From Pseudomonas aeruginosa (GTDB lineage Bacteria; Pseudomonadota; Gammaproteobacteria; Pseudomonadales; Pseudomonadaceae): DNA of 32,000 nt. The position numbers were made by a program, and so were the translations under genes. This document shows positions 9,941-17,638 of this stretch, in pieces. Within the stretch, counting starts at the first letter, position 1, and the number at the start of each line of letters is the position of its first letter. The notes beneath the pieces are model-generated. The model made no database searches, had not been told where the DNA came from, and worked only from the letters and a program-made list of their open reading frames with translations. The DNA lies in assembly GCF_001457615.1 (NCBI RefSeq), contig NZ_LN831024.1:2130001-2162000 (forward strand), written 5' to 3'.

Positions 9941-9967
9941 AAAAAGCCGCCTTCGAGGCGGCTTTTT
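9941..9967. terminator. Bidirectional rho-independent terminator (lolE / DUF2062 gene)
   Basis: The sequence AAAAAGCCGCCTTCGAGGCGGCTTTTT forms an 8-bp stem (AGCCGCCT/AGGCGGCT). An A-tract lies 5' and a T-tract 3', between convergent genes. Confidence 0.8.
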
Positions 9968-9980
9968 CATGTCCGGCGGA

Positions 9981-10514
9981 TCACTTCGCGGCGACCCGTT
10001 CGCGACGTTGCCGGCAGCGTCGGCTCCAACTGCGCTGCACCCACCAGCGCCAGTAGAGCATCGTCAGCGCGTAGCCGAGGATGGCGGCGATGATGCCGCA
10101 CACCACCGAACCGAGCAGGAAGGGCTGCCAGAGGCTGGACAGCTCCTGGCTGATCCATTCCCAGGTGAGATGGTCCGGCAGGGTGCGCGGCGGCACCTGC
10201 ATCAACCAGGCGCCCAGCTTGTAGGTGCAATAGAAGACCGGGGGCATCGTGATCGGATTGGTCAGCCAGACCAATCCGACGGAGATTGGCAGATTGCTCC
10301 GAATCCACACCGCCAGACCGGCCGCCAGCAGCATCTGCATCGGCATCGGGATGAAGGCGGCGAACAGCCCGGCGGCCATGGCGCGCGATACCGAGTGGCG
10401 ATTGAGATGCCAAAGGTTGGGATCGTGCGTCAACTTGCCGAGAAAGCGCAGCGACTTCTGCGAGCGGATGCTTTCCGGATCGGGCATGTAGCGCTTGAAC
10501 AGGCGACGCGGCAT
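9981..10514 (-). CDS. DUF2062-family membrane protein
   Basis: 177 aa beginning MPRRLFKRYMPDPESIRSQKSLRFLGKLTHDPNLWHLNRHSVSRA, followed by three TM segments. This is the typical DUF2062 N-terminal signature. Confidence 0.8.
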   Translation of the reverse strand: MPRRLFKRYMPDPESIRSQKSLRFLGKLTHDPNLWHLNRHSVSRAMAAGLFAAFIPMPMQMLLAAGLAVWIRSNLPISVGLVWLTNPITMPPVFYCTYKLGAWLMQVPPRTLPDHLTWEWISQELSSLWQPFLLGSVVCGIIAAILGYALTMLYWRWWVQRSWSRRCRQRRERVAAK

Positions 10515-10644
10515 GTGGGCTCTCGGTGGATATAGGCTTGCGTATTATGCCAAGCAAGATGACAGGATTTCGTTGCCCATTGTATGACCCCATGTGACAT
10601 GTCGGGGAGCGGAGGGCGCGCCACGGGGATGGGAGGAACCGTTC

Positions 10645-12870
10645 ATGCGCCTGGGATTGCCAGCCCTCGCCGCGGGGCTGCTGGCCCTGCGCTTCCTGGC
10701 GGAATTGCCGTCGGTCGGCTGGCTGCTGGGCATGGCCGCCGCCGGACTGTTGCTGCTGTTCGGCCGGCTGTACTGGCTGGGGTTGTTCCTGCTCGGGTTC
10801 GCCTGGGCCTGCGGCTCGGCGCAAGTCGCCCTGGACGGACGCCTGGCCGCCGAGCTGGATGGTCGCACCCTTTGGCTGGAGGGGCGTGTGGTCGATCTGC
10901 CGGCGAGCGGCGAGGGCGTCACGCGCTTCCGGCTGGAGGAGGTCAGCGCTGCGCGGGGCGTGCTTCTTCCCGAGCGTCTGCGCCTGAGCTGGCGCGGCGC
11001 GCCGCCGCTGATGGGCGGCGAACGCTGGCGCCTGGCGGTGACCCTGAAACGCCCCCGCGGCCTGGTGAACGCGGCGGGGTTCGACTACGAGGCCTGGTTG
11101 TTGGCGCAGCGGGTCGGTGCCGTGGGCACGGTGAAGGCGGGCCAACGCCTGCAGCCGGCCAGCGGCCTGGATGCCTGGCGCGACGCCTGGCGCCAACGCC
11201 TGCTGGCGGTCGACGCACAGGGGCGCGGCGCCGCCCTGGCGGCGCTGGTGCTGGGGGATGGCTCGGGATTGAGCGCGGCCGAGTGGCGCATGTTCCAGGA
11301 CACCGGCACCGTGCATCTGATGGTCATCTCCGGTTCGCATATCTCGTTGCTGGCAGGGATGCTCTATGGCCTGGTGGCGGCCTTGCATCGCCTGGGCTGC
11401 TGGCCGCGGCGCCTGCCCTGGCTGCCCTGTGCCTGCGCCCTGGGTTTGCTTGGTGCCTGGAGCTACGGGTTGATGGCGGGTTTCGAGGTCCCGGTGCGGC
11501 GTGCTTGCCTGATGGTCAGCCTGGCGCTGGTCTGGCGCCTGCGTTTCCGCCACCTGGGCTTGCTGACCCCGCTGCTGGGAACGCTGGTGCTGGTCTTGCT
11601 GGTCGAGCCGCTGGCCAGCCTGCAGGCGGGGTTCTGGCTGTCGTTCCTGGCGGTTGCCCTGCTGCTCTGGCTGTTCGCCGGGCGCCTTGGGCGCTGGCGC
11701 TGGTGGGCGGCCTGGGGGCGGGCGCAGTGGGGGATGGCGCTGGGGCTGGCGATGCCGCTGCTGGCGCTGGGCCTGCCGTTGAGCCTGAGCGGAGCGCCGG
11801 CCAACCTGCTGGCGGTGCCTTGGATCGAACTGCTGGTAGTGCCCCCGGCCCTGGCGGGGAGCCTGCTGCTATGGGTGCCCGGGCTGGGCGAGGGGCTGCT
11901 TCGCGCCGCTGGCGTTTCGCTGGACCTGCTGTTTCGTGCACTTGGCCTGCTGGCGGGCCTGGCCGAGGCCTGGCAGCCACCCGCCGCAGCGGCCTGGAGC
12001 GTAGCGCTGGGCATGCTCGGCGCGCTCTGCTGGCTGGCGCCGGCTGGCTTGCCGTTGCGTGCCCTCGGTGCCGCGTTGCTACTGCCGGCATTGTTGCCGT
12101 CATCGCCGCCTGTCGAATGGGGGCGGGCGGAAGTGCGGGTGCTGGACGTCGGCCAGGGGCTGGCCGTGCTGGTGCGTACCCGAGAGCATGTCTTGCTCTA
12201 TGACAGCGGTGCGCGGCAGGGGGCGTTCGACATGGGCGAGCGGGTGGTGGTGCCGGTGCTGCGCAGCCTGGACCTGCGGCGCCTGGACGGCCTGTTGCTG
12301 AGCCATGCCGACAACGACCATGCAGGCGGTGCTCCTACGGTCGCTTCCCGATTCCCGCCGGTTTGGCTGGTCAGCGGCGAACCCGCGCGCCTGCCTTCGC
12401 CGTTGTTCGCGGACAGCTGCGACGAGCGGAGCTGGTCCTGGGATGGCGTGGTTTTCGAACAGTGGGCATGGGCACAGGCCGGCGACAGCAACGACCGCTC
12501 CTGTGTGCTGAGGGTCGAGGCCGATGGCGAAGTCCTGCTGCTGACCGGGGACATCTCGCGTGCGGCCGAGCATGCCTGGCTGGCGCGACAGGCCGATCCC
12601 CGGGTCGACTGGTTGCTGGCGCCGCATCATGGCAGCCGCAGTTCCTCCGGAGTCGCCTTCGTGTTGCGTACGCGGCCTCGCCATGTGCTGGTCTCGCGAG
12701 GTTGGCGCAACGCCTTCGGCCATCCCCATGGCGAAGTGATGGAGCGTTACGCGAGGGTCGCCGCGCAGGTCCACGACACGGCACGCGACGGTGCCCTGAC
12801 GTTTCTCCTCGGAAGCCGTGGCGGCGCACGCCGGGAGCGTGATTCGGCGCACTTCTGGCGGGAAAAATGA
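10645..12870 (+). CDS. comEC: DNA internalisation-related competence protein ComEC/Rec2
   Basis: 741 aa from ATG 10645, with SD gggagga at 10631-10637. It has a polytopic competence-domain core and a C-terminal metallo-beta-lactamase-fold domain (VRVLDVGQGLAVLV...LSHADNDHAGG...PHHGS). The ORF extends upstream to 10594, so the start is somewhat uncertain. Confidence 0.85.
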   Translation: MRLGLPALAAGLLALRFLAELPSVGWLLGMAAAGLLLLFGRLYWLGLFLLGFAWACGSAQVALDGRLAAELDGRTLWLEGRVVDLPASGEGVTRFRLEEVSAARGVLLPERLRLSWRGAPPLMGGERWRLAVTLKRPRGLVNAAGFDYEAWLLAQRVGAVGTVKAGQRLQPASGLDAWRDAWRQRLLAVDAQGRGAALAALVLGDGSGLSAAEWRMFQDTGTVHLMVISGSHISLLAGMLYGLVAALHRLGCWPRRLPWLPCACALGLLGAWSYGLMAGFEVPVRRACLMVSLALVWRLRFRHLGLLTPLLGTLVLVLLVEPLASLQAGFWLSFLAVALLLWLFAGRLGRWRWWAAWGRAQWGMALGLAMPLLALGLPLSLSGAPANLLAVPWIELLVVPPALAGSLLLWVPGLGEGLLRAAGVSLDLLFRALGLLAGLAEAWQPPAAAAWSVALGMLGALCWLAPAGLPLRALGAALLLPALLPSSPPVEWGRAEVRVLDVGQGLAVLVRTREHVLLYDSGARQGAFDMGERVVVPVLRSLDLRRLDGLLLSHADNDHAGGAPTVASRFPPVWLVSGEPARLPSPLFADSCDERSWSWDGVVFEQWAWAQAGDSNDRSCVLRVEADGEVLLLTGDISRAAEHAWLARQADPRVDWLLAPHHGSRSSSGVAFVLRTRPRHVLVSRGWRNAFGHPHGEVMERYARVAAQVHDTARDGALTFLLGSRGGARRERDSAHFWREK

Positions 12871-12942
12871 GAACCGTGGCGGTCGGCGGAAAAGGGTCGC
12901 TGTGCTAGAGTGGCGCCACTTTTTTTTCGGGGATATGCCACT

Positions 12943-13578
12943 GTGTGGGAACTGGTTCAAGCCGGCGGCTGGATGATGCTGCCGATCATTCTGAGTTCGA
13001 TCGCCGCCACCGCCATCGTCGCGGAGCGCCTGTGGACGCTGCGCAAGAGCCGCGTCGCGCCGCCCGAGCTGCTCGGCCAGGTGTGGAAGCAGATCAAGGG
13101 CAAGCAACTGAGCGCCCAGAAGCTCAAGGACCTGCGCGCCAACTCGCCGCTGGGAGAGATCCTCGCCGCCGGTCTGGCCAACTCCAAGCACGGTCGCGAG
13201 ATCATGAAGGAGTGCATCGAGGAGGCTGCTTCCGGTGTCATCCACGAGCTGGAGCGCTACCTCAACGCCCTCGGCACCATCGCCGCGATGGCGCCGCTGC
13301 TGGGCCTGCTGGGTACGGTGTTCGGCATGATCCAGATCTTCGGCGCCTTCATGGACAACGGCATGGCCAACTCGCCGATGCTCGCCGCGGGCATCTCCAA
13401 GGCATTGATCACCACCGCCGCCGGCCTGCTGGTGGCGATTCCGGCGGTGTTCTTCCATCGCTACCTGCTGCGGCGGGTCGACGAACTGGTGATCGCCATG
13501 GAGCAGGAGGCCATCAAGCTGGTGGAAGTGGTGCAGGGCGATCGTGAAGTCGACTACGTCGAGGAAGGCAAAGCGTGA
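12943..13578 (+). CDS. MotA/TolQ/ExbB-family proton-channel protein
   Basis: 211 aa from GTG 12943 (VWELVQAGGWMMLPIIL...). It has three TM segments and the family's conserved C-terminal region (LGLLGTVFGMI...ALITTAAGLLVAIPA). The start could instead be GTG 12910. Confidence 0.85.
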   Translation: MWELVQAGGWMMLPIILSSIAATAIVAERLWTLRKSRVAPPELLGQVWKQIKGKQLSAQKLKDLRANSPLGEILAAGLANSKHGREIMKECIEEAASGVIHELERYLNALGTIAAMAPLLGLLGTVFGMIQIFGAFMDNGMANSPMLAAGISKALITTAAGLLVAIPAVFFHRYLLRRVDELVIAMEQEAIKLVEVVQGDREVDYVEEGKA

Positions 13579-14015
13579 AATTCCGCCGCAGACGGGCGGG
13601 TGCCGCCCGTGAAGACGTCTTCATCAACCTGGCGTCGCTGATCGACGTGATCTTCGTCCTGCTGCTGTTCTTCGTGGTCAGTACCACCTTCACCCGCCCC
13701 GAGCAGCTCAACATCGAGCTGCCATCGGCGGAGAGCGGCGAAACCGCCGGCACCGAGCAGAAGCAACTGGAACTCTCGGTGGATGCCGAGGGGCACTACG
13801 CCTTGAACGGGCAGGCGCTGGCCAAGAGCGACCTGGCCACCCTGATGGCGGCGATGCAGCGTGAATCGGCGGGCGACAACAACCTGCCGGTGGTGATCAG
13901 CGCCGATGCCAAGTCCACCCACCAGTCGGTGGTCACGGCGATGGACGCAGCGGGCAAGCTGGGCTTCGTCCACCTGCGCATCACCACGGTCGAGAACACG
14001 GCGGCCAAGCCCTGA
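13575..14015 (+). CDS. ExbD/TolR-family biopolymer transport protein
   Basis: 146 aa with the typical ExbD N-terminus ([19 protein letters not shown]) and a periplasmic domain. Its GTG start overlaps the upstream stop (GTGA). Confidence 0.85.
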   Translation: MKFRRRRAGAAREDVFINLASLIDVIFVLLLFFVVSTTFTRPEQLNIELPSAESGETAGTEQKQLELSVDAEGHYALNGQALAKSDLATLMAAMQRESAGDNNLPVVISADAKSTHQSVVTAMDAAGKLGFVHLRITTVENTAAKP

Positions 14016-15013
14016 TGTCGTTCTCCGAGCGGCTGCTCGCCGCCTGGTACCAGGGGCATCCGGCGCTGGCGTTGCTGCGTCCGCTGGAGGCTCTCTATCG
14101 CCGGGTGGCGAACGGCCGCCGGGCGGACTTCCTGTCCGGGCGCAAGCCCGCCTATCGGGCGCCGCTGCCGGTGCTGGTGGTAGGCAACATCACCGTCGGC
14201 GGAACCGGCAAGACGCCGATGATCCTCTGGATGATCGAGCACTGCAGGGCTCGCGGCTTGCGGGTTGGCGTGATCAGCCGCGGCTATGGTGCCCGGCCGC
14301 CCACCACGCCGTGGCGGGTGCGGGCCGAGCAGGACGCCGCGGAGGCCGGCGACGAACCGCTGATGATCGTCCGGCGCAGCGGCGTGCCGCTGATGATCGA
14401 CCCGGATCGTCCGCGCGCCCTGCAGGCGCTGCTCGCCGAAGAGCAGTTGGACCTGGTCCTCTGCGACGATGGCTTGCAGCACTATCGCCTGGCGCGCGAT
14501 CTGGAGCTGGTGCTGATCGATGCCGCGCGCGGTCTCGGCAATGGTCGTTGCCTGCCGGCCGGTCCGTTGCGCGAACCGGCGGAGCGTCTGGAAAGCGTCG
14601 ACGCGCTGCTTTACAACGGCGCCGACGAGGATCCTGACGGCGGTTACGCATTCCGCTTGCAGCCTACTGCGCTGATCAACCTGCAGAGCGGCGAGCGCCG
14701 ACCGCTGGAGCATTTTCCCGCGGGCCAGGAGGTCCATGCCCTGGCCGGGATCGGCAATCCGCAGCGTTTCTTCAGGACGCTCGAGGCGCTACACTGGCGG
14801 GCGATTCCGCATGCCTTCCCGGATCACGCGACCTACACGGCGGCCGAACTGGCGTTCAGCCCGCCGCTGCCGCTGCTGATGACCGAGAAGGATGCCGTTA
14901 AATGCCGGGCTTTCGCAGCGGCCGACTGGTGGTACCTGGCGGTCGATGCGGTGCCTTCCCCAGCATTCGTCGCCTGGTTCGACGCCCGACTCGAGCATCT
15001 CCTGGCGCGCTGA
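14015..15013 (+). CDS. lpxK: Tetraacyldisaccharide 4'-kinase (lipid A biosynthesis)
   Basis: 332 aa with the P-loop [13 protein letters not shown] and motifs SRGYG and GDEP. Its ATG overlaps the exbD-like stop (TGATG). Confidence 0.9.
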   Translation: MSFSERLLAAWYQGHPALALLRPLEALYRRVANGRRADFLSGRKPAYRAPLPVLVVGNITVGGTGKTPMILWMIEHCRARGLRVGVISRGYGARPPTTPWRVRAEQDAAEAGDEPLMIVRRSGVPLMIDPDRPRALQALLAEEQLDLVLCDDGLQHYRLARDLELVLIDAARGLGNGRCLPAGPLREPAERLESVDALLYNGADEDPDGGYAFRLQPTALINLQSGERRPLEHFPAGQEVHALAGIGNPQRFFRTLEALHWRAIPHAFPDHATYTAAELAFSPPLPLLMTEKDAVKCRAFAAADWWYLAVDAVPSPAFVAWFDARLEHLLAR

Positions 15014-15050
15014 CCGGCGGCCGTGCCGCCATTGTATGAAGGACTCCGCC

Positions 15051-15236
15051 ATGGACCCGAAACTCCTCGATATCCTTGCCTGCCCGTTGACCAAGGGCCC
15101 GCTGGTGCTCAGCGAAGACAAGACCGAACTGATCAGCAAGCAGGCCGGCCTGGCCTATCCGATCCGCGACGGCATCCCGGTGATGCTGGAGAGCGAGGCT
15201 CGCTCCCTGAACGTGGACGAGCGGCTGGACAAGTAA
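15051..15236 (+). CDS. ycaR: Trm112/YcaR-family small protein (UPF0434)
   Basis: 61 aa, [18 protein letters not shown]...[13 protein letters not shown] aagga lies 7 nt upstream. It occupies the conserved position between lpxK and kdsB. Confidence 0.8.
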   Translation: MDPKLLDILACPLTKGPLVLSEDKTELISKQAGLAYPIRDGIPVMLESEARSLNVDERLDK

Positions 15237-16000
15237 TGACCCAGGCGTTCACTGTCGTCATTCCCGCCCGCTACGCCTCCACTCGTCTGCCCGGCAAGCC
15301 ATTGCAGGATATCGCCGGCCAGCCAATGATCCAGCGCGTCTGGAACCAGGCCCGCAAGAGCGCCGCCAGCCGCGTGGTCGTCGCCACCGACGACGAACGC
15401 ATCCTGGCGGCGTGCCAGGGGTTCGGCGCCGAGGCGCTGCTGACACGTGCCGAGCACAACTCCGGCACCGATCGCCTGGAGGAAGTCGCTTCCCGGCTCG
15501 GCCTGGCCAGCGATGCCATCGTGGTCAACGTCCAGGGCGACGAGCCGCTGATCCCCCCGGCGCTCATCGACCAGGTGGCGGCCAACCTGGCGGCGCACCC
15601 GGAGGCCGCCATCGCTACCCTGGCCGAGCCGATCCATGAGGTCTCCGCGCTGTTCAATCCGAACGTGGTCAAGGTCGCCACCGACATCGACGGCCTGGCC
15701 CTGACTTTCAGTCGTGCGCCCTTGCCCTGGGCTCGCGACGCCTTCGCCCGCGATCGCGACAGCCTGCCGGAGGGCGTGCCCTATCGTCGCCACATCGGCA
15801 TCTACGCCTATCGCGTGGGTTTCCTTGCCGATTTCGTCGCCTGGGGACCGTGCTGGCTGGAGAACGCCGAAAGCCTCGAGCAATTGCGCGCGCTCTGGCA
15901 CGGGGTGCGAATCCATGTGGCCGATGCCCGCGAAACCATGCTTCCGGGCGTGGATACGCCGGAAGACCTCGAACGCGTTCGCCGCGTGCTGGGGGGCTGA
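15236..16000 (+). CDS. kdsB: 3-deoxy-manno-octulosonate cytidylyltransferase (CMP-KDO synthetase)
   Basis: 254 aa beginning [23 protein letters not shown], with motifs GTDR and VNVQGDEP. Its ATG overlaps the ycaR stop (TAATG). Confidence 0.95.
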   Translation: MTQAFTVVIPARYASTRLPGKPLQDIAGQPMIQRVWNQARKSAASRVVVATDDERILAACQGFGAEALLTRAEHNSGTDRLEEVASRLGLASDAIVVNVQGDEPLIPPALIDQVAANLAAHPEAAIATLAEPIHEVSALFNPNVVKVATDIDGLALTFSRAPLPWARDAFARDRDSLPEGVPYRRHIGIYAYRVGFLADFVAWGPCWLENAESLEQLRALWHGVRIHVADARETMLPGVDTPEDLERVRRVLGG

Positions 16001-16464
16001 TGCGCGTCCTGTTCGTCTGCCTGGGCAACATCTGCCGGTCGCCCACCGCCGAAGGCGTGTTCCGGCGCAAGGTCGAGGAGGCCGGGCTGGCCTCCCGTAT
16101 CCATGTCGATTCCGCCGGCACCGCCGGCTGGCATGTCGGCAAGGCACCTGACCAGCGCACCCGCCTGGCCGCGCAAAGGCGCGGCTACGATCTGTCGGCA
16201 CTGCGTGGACGCCAGGTCGGCATCGAGGATTTCTCCTGCCATGACCTGATCCTGGCCATGGACCTGTCCAACCTGGCCGACCTCGAGACCCTGCGTGCCG
16301 GGCGCGGTGCCGCCGAACTGGATCTGTTCCTGCGTCGCTACGGGTCCGAGCGGGACGAAGTACCCGATCCCTACTATGGCGGCGAAGAAGGCTTCGAGCA
16401 GGTCCTCGACCTGATCGAACATGCCTGCGACCGTCTGTTGATCGAAGCCAAGGGGCGACTGTGA
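16000..16464 (+). CDS. ptpA: Low-molecular-weight protein-tyrosine phosphatase
   Basis: 154 aa with the CX5R(S/T) loop VCLGNICRSP and a C-terminal DPYY motif. Its ATG overlaps the kdsB stop (TGATG). Confidence 0.9.
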   Translation: MRVLFVCLGNICRSPTAEGVFRRKVEEAGLASRIHVDSAGTAGWHVGKAPDQRTRLAAQRRGYDLSALRGRQVGIEDFSCHDLILAMDLSNLADLETLRAGRGAAELDLFLRRYGSERDEVPDPYYGGEEGFEQVLDLIEHACDRLLIEAKGRL

Positions 16465-17480
16465 GCCTGGAACTGCAAGAGCATTGCTCGCTGAAGCCCT
16501 ATAACACCTTCGGCATCGACGTGCGCGCCCGCCTGCTGGCCCACGCCCGGGACGAGGCTGATGTGCGCGAGGCCCTGGCCCTGGCTCGGGAGCGTGGATT
16601 GCCGCTGCTGGTGATCGGTGGTGGCAGCAACCTGCTGCTGACCCGTGACCTCGAGGCGCTGGTTTTGCGCATGGCCAGCCAGGGGCGGCGAATTGTTTCC
16701 GATGCCGCGGATTCGGTGTTGGTCGAGGCGGAGGCGGGCGAGGCCTGGGACCCATTCGTACAATGGAGCCTGGAGCGGGGCCTGGCCGGTCTGGAAAATC
16801 TCAGCCTGATTCCCGGCACCGTGGGTGCGGCGCCGATGCAGAACATCGGCGCCTATGGCGTGGAGCTGAAGGATGTCTTCGACAGCCTGACGGCGCTGGA
16901 TCGCCAGGATGGAACCCTGCGTGAGTTCGATCGCCAGGCCTGCCGTTTCGGCTACCGCGACAGCCTGTTCAAGCAGGAGCCTGATCGCTGGCTGATCCTC
17001 CGCGTGCGCCTGCGCCTGACACGGCGGGAGAGGCTGCACCTGGACTACGGGCCGGTACGCCAGCGCCTGGAGGAGGAGGGCATCGCCAGTCCGACGGCCA
17101 GGGACGTAAGCCGGGTAATCTGCGCCATTCGCCGGGAGAAGCTGCCCGACCCCGCCGTATTGGGCAATGCCGGCAGCTTCTTCAAGAACCCGCTGGTGGA
17201 TGCGAGGCAGGCCGAGCGCTTGCGTCAGGCCTTCCCGGATCTGGTTGGCTATCCGCAGGCGGACGGTCGGTTGAAGCTGGCCGCAGGCTGGCTCATCGAC
17301 AAGGGCGGCTGGAAGGGCTTTCGCGATGGCCCGGTGGGGGTACACGCGCAGCAGGCGCTGGTCCTGGTCAACCATGGCGGTGCCACCGGTGCCCAGGTCC
17401 GGGCATTGGCGGAGCGTATCCAGGAGGACGTCCGTCGGCGTTTCGGCGTCGAATTGGAGCCTGAACCCAATCTCTACTGA
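16461..17480 (+). CDS. murB: UDP-N-acetylenolpyruvoylglucosamine reductase
   Basis: 339 aa with an FAD-binding domain (LVIGGGSNLL) and the MurB C-terminal domain (GNAGSFFKNP). Its GTG start overlaps the ptpA stop (GTGA). Confidence 0.95.
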   Translation: MSLELQEHCSLKPYNTFGIDVRARLLAHARDEADVREALALARERGLPLLVIGGGSNLLLTRDLEALVLRMASQGRRIVSDAADSVLVEAEAGEAWDPFVQWSLERGLAGLENLSLIPGTVGAAPMQNIGAYGVELKDVFDSLTALDRQDGTLREFDRQACRFGYRDSLFKQEPDRWLILRVRLRLTRRERLHLDYGPVRQRLEEEGIASPTARDVSRVICAIRREKLPDPAVLGNAGSFFKNPLVDARQAERLRQAFPDLVGYPQADGRLKLAAGWLIDKGGWKGFRDGPVGVHAQQALVLVNHGGATGAQVRALAERIQEDVRRRFGVELEPEPNLY

Positions 17481-17498
17481 GGGTGCGGCTGGAGAATG

Positions 17499-17527
17499 AA
17501 AAAGGGATGCCGGCGGCATCCCTTTTT
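17499..17527 (+). terminator. Rho-independent terminator downstream of murB
   Basis: The sequence AAAAAGGGATGCCGGCGGCATCCCTTTTT forms an 8-bp stem (GGGATGCC/GGCATCCC) followed by T5. Confidence 0.75.
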
Positions 17528-17593
17528 CATTGTGCGTGTTCGGCGGCTCTGGTCATGACGGGCGGTATGCCGGAGTGCCGCGGAATGACACGC

Positions 17594-17627
17594 AAAAAAA
17601 AGGGGATGCCATGGCATCCCCTTTTTT
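17594..17627 (-). terminator. Rho-independent (bidirectional-looking) terminator downstream of rne
   Basis: An A8 run, then the perfect palindrome AGGGGATGCCATGGCATCCCCT, then T6. It lies 12 nt beyond the rne stop (17639-17641). Confidence 0.8.
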
Positions 17628-17638
17628 CAGTCTGTCAC

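Noticed and set aside
12871-12942. Palindrome AGTGGCGCCACT followed by T8 after comEC as a possible terminator
   Set aside because: The stem is only 4-5 bp around a GC core with essentially no loop, which is too weak to call. The element also lies within the longer candidate ExbB-like ORF start (GTG 12910). It is left unannotated.
775-13458. Many long antisense or out-of-frame ORFs (for example 775-2142-, 3119-4720-, 6401-7936-, 8661-9932-, 9967-11553-, 10584-12203+, 12100-13458-)
   Set aside because: These are typical stop-codon-poor shadow frames of high-GC DNA. The translations are Arg/Ala/Gly/Pro-rich with no motifs, and each overlaps a confidently identified gene in another frame. Only the last 49 codons of 6401-7936- are meaningful, as the PilZ N-terminus (see findings).
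10645-14015. comEC plus the adjacent ExbB/ExbD-like genes as a dedicated DNA-uptake machine
   Set aside because: Adjacency is the only evidence, and a 72-nt gap separates comEC from the pair. The ExbBD-like genes are instead stop/start-coupled to lpxK. This is kept only as an alternative hypothesis under the ExbBD finding.
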